This document shows positions 25,249 to 32,000 of a DNA stretch of 32,000 bases, piece after piece. The notes under the pieces were generated by a model that worked only from the letters and a program-made list of their open reading frames with translations, ran no database searches and was not told the origin of the DNA. The translations under genes were made by a program, and so were the position numbers. Where the stretch lies: NCBI RefSeq assembly GCF_002075285.3, contig NZ_CP021983.2, positions 240,001-272,000 on the forward strand, read 5' to 3'. Position 1 is the stretch's first letter; each line of letters begins with the position of its first letter. The DNA comes from Halomicronema hongdechloris C2206 (lineage in GTDB: Bacteria > Cyanobacteriota > Cyanobacteriia > Phormidesmidales > Phormidesmidaceae).

Positions 25249-26277
25249 ATGGCTAACCAGTCCACTGGCAAAATTATTGCTCGGCGTATTCTGGGGGCGG
25301 TACCCAGTATCGTTGGCGTGGTGATCGTCACCTTCCTGCTGACCCGGGCCCTGCCCGGGGACCCGGCCGCCTTCTTTGCCGGGCCGGCGGCTACTGCCGA
25401 CGCCATTGACGAGGTCCGTCGCAACCTGGGGCTGGATAAATCTCTGCCGGAGCAATTCTTTCTCTATATCGGCGATTTGGTGCGGGGAGATTTAGGGGTA
25501 TCCCTGACCACGGGGCAGACGGTGGTCTATGACCTGATCACCCGGCTGCCGGCTTCCCTGGAGTTGACCGTAGCTGCCTTGGGGTTTGCGATCGCACTAG
25601 CCCTGCCCCTGGGAATACTGGCCGCCACCCGGCCTAACTCCTGGATAGACCACGGCGTTCGCCTGCTGGCCACTGCCGGCGTATCCCTGCCCACCTTCTT
25701 CACCGGGTTGTTTCTAATTTACATACTGTACTATTTACTGGGCCTGGTGCCAGCACCATTGGGGCGCCTGGATATTCTCTACAGCCCCCCTGACCACATC
25801 ACCGGCTTTTACCTGATCGACAGTCTTCTAGAGGGCGATTTGGACCTGTTCTGGGCCGCCGCCACTCAGCTCTTCCTACCTGCGGTCACCCTGGGGCTGT
25901 TTGCCCTGGCTCCCCTGGCTCGAGTCACCCGCGCCTCCATGCTGGGCATGCTCTCCAGCGACTTTATCCGCACCGCCCGGGCCAGTGGCCTGCCGCCGCG
26001 TCAGGTGTTATTCGGCTACGCCTTTCGCAACGCCATGTTGCCCGTCATCACCACCCTGGGTGTAGTGTTTTCGTTTCTGCTGGGAGCCAATATTTTGGTG
26101 GAAAAGGTCTTCGCCTGGCCCGGTATCGGCTCCTACGCCGTGGAAGCCTTAGTGGCCTCAGACTATGCGCCGATTCAGGGATTCATTCTGACCATGGCGC
26201 TGCTGTATGTGGGACTGAATTTGTTAATTGACTTGCTCTACGTGGTGATTGACCCCAGAGCCGGTGTGGATGCGTAG
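25249..26277 (+). CDS. ABC transporter permease (DppB/NikB-like)
   Basis: 342-aa ORF with the N-terminal RRILGAVPSIVGVVIVTFLL pattern and an EAA-like loop (..FIRTARASGL..). Confidence 0.9.
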   Translation: MANQSTGKIIARRILGAVPSIVGVVIVTFLLTRALPGDPAAFFAGPAATADAIDEVRRNLGLDKSLPEQFFLYIGDLVRGDLGVSLTTGQTVVYDLITRLPASLELTVAALGFAIALALPLGILAATRPNSWIDHGVRLLATAGVSLPTFFTGLFLIYILYYLLGLVPAPLGRLDILYSPPDHITGFYLIDSLLEGDLDLFWAAATQLFLPAVTLGLFALAPLARVTRASMLGMLSSDFIRTARASGLPPRQVLFGYAFRNAMLPVITTLGVVFSFLLGANILVEKVFAWPGIGSYAVEALVASDYAPIQGFILTMALLYVGLNLLIDLLYVVIDPRAGVDA

Positions 26278-26282
26278 AGTGG

Positions 26283-26317
26283 AATTCAAAATTCAAAATT
26301 CAAAATTCAAAATTCGA
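26283..26317. repeat. Heptamer tandem repeat AATTCAA x4 + AATTCGA (STRR-like)
   Basis: Exact tandem copies at 26283-26310 plus one variant copy, in the 117-nt spacer between the two permease genes. Heptameric STRR repeats are a known cyanobacterial feature. Confidence 0.9.
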
Positions 26318-26394
26318 AATACCCTGCGGGAAGCCTCGCTGCACTCGTTTACAGAATCCCCATCACCCTTAAGCTCCCTGTCCTCCGTCCTCCC

Positions 26395-27243
26395 ATGACC
26401 TCCACCACTCTGCAACACACCCGCTACGTCATCAGCGAAAACTGGATCACCTTTGCGGCCTTCGGGCTGTTTCTGGTGTTGGTGTTATTCGCGATATTGG
26501 GCGATGCGGTTGCCCCCTACAGTCCCCTGGCCAGTAATTCTGCCATTGCCCTGCAACCCCCGTCCGCCGCCCACTGGTTCGGCACCGATCAATTGGGGCG
26601 GGATGTGCTCAGCCGTGTCATTGTGGCTACTCGTCTAGACCTGGGCATTGCCGTCATGGCGGTGGCCCTCTCCTTCCTGGTAGGCAGTATCTTAGGCACC
26701 TGTGCCGGTTACTTCGGCGGCTGGGTGGATCGAATTATCTCCCGCTGCATCGATACCCTGATGGCCTTTCCCCTGTTCGTGCTGGCCATGGGGCTGGTGG
26801 CTGCCCTGGGCAACACGGTGGAGAACATTATTCTGGCCACAGCCATCATCAACTTGCCCCTCTACACCCGCGTCATCCGCTCTGAGGTACTGGTGCGGCG
26901 GGAGGCTGGCTTCGTGGAAGCGGCCCGTCTCACCGGCAACGGCGACTGGCGGATCATGGCCAAGCATCTATTTCCCAATGTATTGCCGGTGATGATGGTG
27001 CACATTTCCCTGAACATGGGCTGGGCCATTCTCAATGCCGCGGGCCTGTCTTTCATCGGTCTGGGCGTACAGCCACCGACTCCGGAGTGGGGCATCATGG
27101 TGGCCGAAGGGGCGACTTATATCGTCTCGGGGGAGTGGTGGCTGGCCCTATTCCCTGGAGCCGTATTGATGCTGGCGGTGTTTTGCTTCAACCTGCTGGG
27201 CGACGGCCTGCGGGATTTGATTGATCCGAGGATGAGAACCTAA
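26395..27243 (+). CDS. ABC transporter permease (DppC/NikC-like)
   Basis: 282-aa ORF with the typical HWFGTDQLGRDVLSRV motif and an EAA loop (FVEAARLTG). Confidence 0.9.
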   Translation: MTSTTLQHTRYVISENWITFAAFGLFLVLVLFAILGDAVAPYSPLASNSAIALQPPSAAHWFGTDQLGRDVLSRVIVATRLDLGIAVMAVALSFLVGSILGTCAGYFGGWVDRIISRCIDTLMAFPLFVLAMGLVAALGNTVENIILATAIINLPLYTRVIRSEVLVRREAGFVEAARLTGNGDWRIMAKHLFPNVLPVMMVHISLNMGWAILNAAGLSFIGLGVQPPTPEWGIMVAEGATYIVSGEWWLALFPGAVLMLAVFCFNLLGDGLRDLIDPRMRT

Positions 27244-27245
27244 CG

Positions 27246-28277
27246 ATGACAATCCAACCTCTCCCCAACTCTCCATCTCCCCAGCTCCCCATATCTCTGT
27301 GTTCTCTCCTGTCCGTCGAAAACCTGACGGTGGAATTCCGCACTCGCTCCGGCGTAGTCAAGGCGTTGGCAGCAGTAGACTTTACCGTCCAACCCGGTGA
27401 AACTGTCGGCATTGTCGGCGAGAGCGGCTCCGGTAAGTCGGTGACGGCCTTTACCCTAATGGGTGTGTTAGATCGAGCCGGGAAGGTCACAGCGGGCCGG
27501 GCCCTGCTGCAAACAGAGGCGGTGGCGGTAGATCTGCTGAAAGAATCAGAGGCCTCCCTGCGGCAGATTCGTGGCAGGGAGATCTCGATGATTTTCCAGA
27601 ACCCCCGTACCGCTCTCAACCCGATTCGCAAGGTAGGCAAGCAGATCACCGATGTGCTGCGCTGCCATACGGACCTGCCCCCGAAGGAGTTGCCCGGTAG
27701 AGCCCTGGAACTATTGGCCAGTGTGCGCATCCCCGACCCGCCGAAGCGCTACGATGCTTACCCCTATGAACTCTCCGGCGGTCTCTGCCAGCGGATCATG
27801 ATTGCCCTGGCCCTGGCCTGCTCGCCAAAATTACTGATTGCCGATGAACCCACCACCGGCCTCGATGTCACCACCCAAGCCACGGTGATGACCCTGATCC
27901 AAGACTTGGCCGAGCAGGGACAAATGGCCACGTTGTTGATTACCCACGACCTGGCCCTGGCATCGGAATATTGCGATCGCATCGTGGTCATGCACGCCGG
28001 TCATGTGGTGGAATCGGCCCCCACCCATACCCTGTTCAGCCATCCCCGTCATCCCTACACCGCCAAACTCATCGCCGCCACCCCCGAACCCCATAAATCC
28101 TTCGCCGATCTCACTCCGATTCCGGGTAGCCTCCCTGACCTCAAGGCCACGACATTACCGCCCTGCCGGTTTAGCCAGCGATGCGATCGCTTTGAAGCCG
28201 GAATCTGTGATCAGACCCCGCTGGTCCGGGAGTTTGTGAATGGAGATCACCACGTAGCCTGCTGGAAACCGTTGTAA
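27246..28277 (+). CDS. ABC transporter ATP-binding protein (DppD/OppD-like, with oligopeptide C-terminal domain)
   Basis: Walker A GESGSGKS, signature LSGGLCQR, Walker B LLIADEPTTGLD, and a C-terminal HPYT...C..RC motif. The first ~20 codons (TIQPLPNSPSPQLPISL) look derived from a CT-rich repeat. Confidence 0.9.
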   Translation: MTIQPLPNSPSPQLPISLCSLLSVENLTVEFRTRSGVVKALAAVDFTVQPGETVGIVGESGSGKSVTAFTLMGVLDRAGKVTAGRALLQTEAVAVDLLKESEASLRQIRGREISMIFQNPRTALNPIRKVGKQITDVLRCHTDLPPKELPGRALELLASVRIPDPPKRYDAYPYELSGGLCQRIMIALALACSPKLLIADEPTTGLDVTTQATVMTLIQDLAEQGQMATLLITHDLALASEYCDRIVVMHAGHVVESAPTHTLFSHPRHPYTAKLIAATPEPHKSFADLTPIPGSLPDLKATTLPPCRFSQRCDRFEAGICDQTPLVREFVNGDHHVACWKPL

Positions 28278-28300
28278 TTAGATTTGATCAATGCCATATC

Positions 28301-28894
28301 ATGGCTAAACCGTTCTACTGTCTCCGCCCTTTGATTACTAGTCCTCAGGCTATTATTTGTCCCGGCATGCATCCTCCAGAACTCACGGAGCGATTTTTGG
28401 CCTGCCTCACAACTGATGGTGAGTTATGGGGAAACATTGTCCAAATACTCTGCCCTGATCGCTACCCTCCCTTCTCTGCCCACGCCCTGCGTCAAGGGCT
28501 ACAAGCTTGCTTAGGGGAGCCAGCTAGCGCACCACCAATTATTATGCTGGCCTTTAGTGCCGGTGTGGTGGGAGCAACGGGGCTGGCCTGGTATTGGTAT
28601 CGCAGTGGTGGCCAGGTGTTAGCCTTGTTTGCCGTTGATGGTTGGGGAGTCCCTGTGGTGGGACCATGGGATAGCTATCGGTTGAGCCATGATGCCTTCA
28701 CCCACCATTCGTCCTTGCTCTTGGGTGGAGGAGCCGTGAATTTCTATGCAGATCCAGCAGTAGCCCATCAGGATCTCTGGCAATGGCCAGATCAAACCTG
28801 GGGATGGCAAGTCTCTACCCATAGCCATTCCTCAACCACAGCCCTTAGCTTCTTACGCCAGCACCTGGGGGGCTACGGCACAGCTCAGTCATAG
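28301..28894 (+). CDS. hypothetical protein, possible alpha/beta-hydrolase-like fold
   Basis: 197-aa ORF with coding-like composition and a possible nucleophile-elbow-like AFSAG. No firm family recognised. Confidence 0.45.
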   Translation: MAKPFYCLRPLITSPQAIICPGMHPPELTERFLACLTTDGELWGNIVQILCPDRYPPFSAHALRQGLQACLGEPASAPPIIMLAFSAGVVGATGLAWYWYRSGGQVLALFAVDGWGVPVVGPWDSYRLSHDAFTHHSSLLLGGGAVNFYADPAVAHQDLWQWPDQTWGWQVSTHSHSSTTALSFLRQHLGGYGTAQS

Positions 28895-28945
28895 TCGTTA
28901 ACTTATGTGAAGCCAATCTACCTCGTTTTACTTGCGCTACCCGCT

Positions 28946-29098
28946 ATGAATGCTCTCCTCTGGTACCGTAACGATCTGCGGCTCCATGATCACGATCCGC
29001 TGCAACCTGCCCTAGGGCAGGTTGCAGCAATTATTCCCCTTTACTGCTTCGAGCCCCGGCAATTTAGCCAAACTAGCTTTGGTTTTGTCAAAACAGGG
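28946..29098 (+). pseudogene. N-terminal ~50 codons of a CRY-DASH/photolyase-family gene; the rest is missing
   Basis: MNALLWYRNDLRLHDHDPL...IIPLYCFEPRQFSQTSFGFVKTG matches the conserved N-terminus of DASH cryptochromes/photolyases. Similarity ends near 29098 and the ORF stops at 29128, whereas about 480 aa would be expected. Confidence 0.6.
28999..29028. repeat. 30-bp perfect palindrome gctgcaacctgccc-ta-gggcaggttgcagc
   Basis: 14-bp arms with a 2-nt spacer, verified base by base. It lies inside the photolyase-like remnant. Confidence 0.9.
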
Positions 29099-29112
29099 TG
29101 TGAGGTATTGAT

Positions 29113-29334
29113 CTATTGCTTCTGCTGATGCTGTTGCAACCAATCTGCTAAGGCCACGCCAGTTTGGCGGTAATCCTCCATCGCTTCGAAGACCATAGCC
29201 AGGCTTTGCTTCAGTTCTGAGCCATTATTAGCAAGAGAACTTGCACGTTGTACTGTGCTATTCAACTGGCGAGTGGCTATCTGAAAAGCTTTCTGGCGCT
29301 TGGCTAGTTCTGGTTCATAAGGATCGATTGCCAT
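29113..29334 (-). CDS. hypothetical small protein (73 aa, predicted helical)
   Basis: ORF with moderate coding look and lower GC than its neighbours. It starts where the photolyase remnant breaks off. No family recognised. Confidence 0.35.
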   Translation of the reverse strand: MAIDPYEPELAKRQKAFQIATRQLNSTVQRASSLANNGSELKQSLAMVFEAMEDYRQTGVALADWLQQHQQKQ

Positions 29335-29440
29335 AATGATTCCGCTTCCACAGCTGGCGTCAGGCTCTATGCTCGCCTGTAACGCCGATATTCGTCATCT
29401 TTAAATAAGCTCTGCTAGGCCGGTGCAGTTCTAAATAGGT

Positions 29441-29926
29441 TTACCGCTGAAACCAAGCTGCCAGGGCCAAGGCTAAGGCATCAGCGGCATCATCGGGGCG
29501 AGGACTCTGGGCTAACCCCAGTTCCCGGGCTACTGCTGCCTGCACCGATGACTTATCGGCATTACCATAGCCTGTCAAGGCCTGCTTGACCTGGGCCGGG
29601 GTAAACTCCACCGTAGATAAATCATGCTGGCCCAACACCAGCATCACCACCCCGCGCGCCTGGGCTACCAGGATCGTGTTGCCCATGCGATAGAAGAACA
29701 ATTTTTCAATAGCGACCACATCGGGCTGCACCTGTTGCAAGAGTTGGTGCAAATCGTCATAAATGGTACCCAAACGAATTGGTAGGGGAGTCTTGGCCGA
29801 GGTTTCGATCACGCCAAAATCGACCACAGCAATCCCAGTATCAGTTCGAGCAGCCCCATCGACCTCAATTACTCCGAATCCGAGAATGGCTAGTCCAGGA
29901 TCAAGCCCCAGGATACGTGTAGCCAT
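29441..29926 (-). CDS. ruvC: crossover junction endodeoxyribonuclease RuvC
   Basis: 161-aa [20 protein letters not shown] (catalytic Asp) and the C-terminal [11 protein letters not shown] motif are present. Confidence 0.9.
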   Translation of the reverse strand: MATRILGLDPGLAILGFGVIEVDGAARTDTGIAVVDFGVIETSAKTPLPIRLGTIYDDLHQLLQQVQPDVVAIEKLFFYRMGNTILVAQARGVVMLVLGQHDLSTVEFTPAQVKQALTGYGNADKSSVQAAVARELGLAQSPRPDDAADALALALAAWFQR

Positions 29927-29938
29927 CCTAAGAGCGAC

Positions 29939-31039
29939 TTAGTGGACTCCAGAGGGCTGTCGGCCGTTCTCCTGGCTGACCCCATCTGGATCCATGACAC
30001 CAAATACTTGACTGAAGGCCTTTTCTACCTTGTAGCCAGAGTCCATGGCTTCTAAAGGATCCTTCCGTAGTCGGTGACGTAGGCACAGCACGATGACACG
30101 ACGAATATCTTCCGCCGTCACCTCAGTGCGCCCCTCAAAAGCTGCTAATGCCTTAGCAGCTCGATTGGTAACAATGTCGCCCCGCAGACCATCGACATTG
30201 AGCTCAGAGCACACTTGAGAAATCTTCACCCGCTTTTCGTGATCAATGGTTACCTGGGGTAACAGGCTCTGGGCCTCGATCAGGCGTTGCTGCAGAGTTG
30301 CCTGGGCGTCCTGATAGTTATCTAGGAAGGCATTGGGATCGTGATCAAATTCGGACCGTTGTTCCACGATCTGCACCCGCAACTCTGGATCTTTGACTGT
30401 GTGGATTTCGGCGTGCATGCCGAAGCGGTCCAACAATTGGGGTCGCAGTTCCCCCTCTTCTGGGTTTCCCGACCCCACCAACACGAACTGAGCCGGATGG
30501 CGAATGGAAATTCCCTCCCGTTCCACTGTGTTCCAACCTGAGGCTGCCGAATCTAGCAACACATCTACCAAATGATCATCGAGCAGATTGACCTCATCAA
30601 CATAGAGAATGCCTCGGTTGGCCTTGGCCAGCAGTCCTGGTTCAAAGGCCTTAATTCCTTCCGAAAGGGCCTTCTCGATATCGATAGTGCCGCAGACGCG
30701 GTCTTCCGTTGCCCCCAAGGGCAGATCAACCATGGCTACCTTCTTTCGGGTCACTGGCACTTCTTGGCCAGCCCGCTCGGCCAGAACATCTACGTCCGTG
30801 GGAGGCCGGTTAAAGGGATCATCCGCTACCACCTCGATCTCAGGCAGCAAATCCGCCAAGGCACGAATCGTGGTGGACTTGCCGGTCCCCCGATCGCCCA
30901 TAATCATCACTCCGCCAACCTTGGGGTCAATGACATTGAGCAATAGGGCTAACTTCATGTCTTCTTGGCCAATAACGGCCGTGAACGGAAAGATAGCCCG
31001 ACGGGGAGCAAGCGGTTTGACGGCAACGGTTGAAGTCAC
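29939..31039 (-). CDS. chlI: magnesium chelatase ATPase subunit I
   Basis: 366-aa [43 protein letters not shown] and the rest of the AAA+ core are near-invariant ChlI sequence. Confidence 0.95.
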   Translation of the reverse strand: MTSTVAVKPLAPRRAIFPFTAVIGQEDMKLALLLNVIDPKVGGVMIMGDRGTGKSTTIRALADLLPEIEVVADDPFNRPPTDVDVLAERAGQEVPVTRKKVAMVDLPLGATEDRVCGTIDIEKALSEGIKAFEPGLLAKANRGILYVDEVNLLDDHLVDVLLDSAASGWNTVEREGISIRHPAQFVLVGSGNPEEGELRPQLLDRFGMHAEIHTVKDPELRVQIVEQRSEFDHDPNAFLDNYQDAQATLQQRLIEAQSLLPQVTIDHEKRVKISQVCSELNVDGLRGDIVTNRAAKALAAFEGRTEVTAEDIRRVIVLCLRHRLRKDPLEAMDSGYKVEKAFSQVFGVMDPDGVSQENGRQPSGVH

Positions 31040-31104
31040 AGGCGTTCTCTAAGCTTGAAACTACTGTGGTTTGAGACGATCTTCATTGTGCCATACTGCC
31101 TTCC

Positions 31105-31359
31105 CTAGAGCGCCAGCAATTCATCCAGGGCATCTAGAGCCTCACAGGAAGAGCTGGCGGCCCGTGGAGGAGAGGGGGGCATACTATACTGCATTGTCCC
31201 TAAGGCTGTAGAGGGATTGCGACCATGGCGATATTCCTCGCAGTAGCGACGAAATACGGCTTCCACCGCTGCCCGAGTATTTTTCAGCCCCCACTCGGAA
31301 GCAATTTGTTCAGCTTTATCTAAGACGTCTTTGCTCAAGCGGATTTTGTTGTCATACAT
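31105..31359 (-). CDS. small putative ribbon-helix-helix / ParR-like DNA-binding protein
   Basis: 84-aa ORF overlapping the upstream ParM-like gene by 25 nt. N-terminal KIRLSKDVLDKAEQIA suggests a beta-strand followed by a helix, as in an RHH. The assignment is tentative. Confidence 0.4.
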   Translation of the reverse strand: MYDNKIRLSKDVLDKAEQIASEWGLKNTRAAVEAVFRRYCEEYRHGRNPSTALGTMQYSMPPSPPRAASSSCEALDALDELLAL

Positions 31360-32000
31360 AGCTGCTGCTCACTGGAGAGTAGAAATAAACCGCGCACATT
31401 GGCGAATTGGGGGTCACCCATGACCGCGAAAAGAGAGCGTCCGGTGAGTCGATCGGCAATTAGGTGGGACCCTCCACCGGTGACGAGAAAACGAGTGACC
31501 CGGAGCATGTAGGGGGTGTATTGGGCCTTGACGGTCTGGAAGATACCTCTGAACCAAGGATCTAGGTACTCATCTAACCAACCCGCCCAGGATAGGCCGG
31601 TATCGGCATAGATATGGCCTACTCGAAACCCATCCATGACGATGCAAGGATCGGCTGTGGTGCCTAGACCATCCGTGAGACGACGATCGAAACTGATGGA
31701 GGCCGCTAGTTCGTAAGTCCCCCCTCGATCCATGATGTTCTCGTCGATGACTTCACCGTCGGCATCTACCAATCGGGTCAGCCAAGTGCCACCGCCAATA
31801 TCGATGACGATGGTGTAGCCGTTGTCAGGAATGAGTCCCTGGGTTTGGGCGTAGTAGTAGGCCCCGATGCCTTCTCGCTCCACGGTGACCGATTGCACGT
31901 CTACCTGGAAATCAATGCCGTTGCGACAAAATTCATGCAAACCAAGTAGTTCTTCCTGTAATCCTTCCTCGTAACGCCCTGGATCAGGGGTGGAGAGATA
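31335..32000 (-). CDS. ParM/StbA-family actin-like ATPase (5' end outside the window)
   Basis: The ORF continues to the window edge upstream of the listed Met. The phosphate-2-like motif TIVIDIGGGTW and C-terminal FLVTGGGSHL are typical of ParM/StbA actin-fold proteins. Confidence 0.7.
   Translation of the reverse strand, partial: YLSTPDPGRYEEGLQEELLGLHEFCRNGIDFQVDVQSVTVEREGIGAYYYAQTQGLIPDNGYTIVIDIGGGTWLTRLVDADGEVIDENIMDRGGTYELAASISFDRRLTDGLGTTADPCIVMDGFRVGHIYADTGLSWAGWLDEYLDPWFRGIFQTVKAQYTPYMLRVTRFLVTGGGSHLIADRLTGRSLFAVMGDPQFANVRGLFLLSSEQQLCMTTKSA

Noticed and set aside
26283-26317. CRISPR-like array.
   Set aside because: The units are 7-nt contiguous tandem copies without spacers, so this is an STRR-type microsatellite and not a CRISPR. 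No other repeat-spacer architecture was seen in the window.

Overview
This is a cyanobacterial chromosomal segment. The octamer GCGATCGC (HIP1) occurs at least 10 times, GC is about 55-60%, and chlI, a DUF3493-like gene, a RodZ-like gene and heptamer STRR-like repeats are present. About 30 credible genes are visible.

Gene content by region:
- 1-17 kb: mostly housekeeping. It holds the nadB 3' end, a circularly permuted ATP-grasp + alpha-E pair, TauE/SafE, pepA, an Slt-type lytic transglycosylase, a RodZ-like gene, tatC, a Usp gene, an anti-sigma-type kinase, a lipase-like hydrolase, lexA, a 2H phosphoesterase, a YciI-like gene, smpB and a PGM1-like ATP-grasp ligase.
- 17.5-23.3 kb: an OmpR-type response regulator and a CHASE histidine kinase converge on a roughly 2.9 kb island. 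By hand count on sample lines the island is about 27-43% GC, and it contains no HIP1.
- 23.5-28.3 kb: a peptide/nickel-type ABC transporter.
- 28.3-32 kb: a CRY-DASH/photolyase remnant, ruvC, chlI and a ParM-like/RHH pair.

Most interesting locus: the island encodes a tight two-gene operon. The first gene fuses a RecQ-like N-lobe, a winged-helix segment, a Cys cluster and a ComF-type phosphoribosyltransferase, but appears to lack the DEAH box and the second RecA lobe. The second gene is DprA/Smf-like. I see this as a candidate ssDNA-directed conflict or defence module. The island's right border abuts a truncated, stop-riddled GNAT pseudogene.

Gene decay around the island:
- The substrate-binding protein gene of the ABC transporter has many single-base frame disruptions.
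- The lytic transglycosylase has its 5' part spread over three frames.
- Only about 50 codons of the CRY-DASH/photolyase gene remain.

Noncoding observations: a 28-nt element sits in inverted orientation on both sides of the ATP-grasp/alpha-E operon. There is also a probable LexA operator and several palindromes and tandem repeats. No tRNA, rRNA, CRISPR array, transposase or integrase was recognised.
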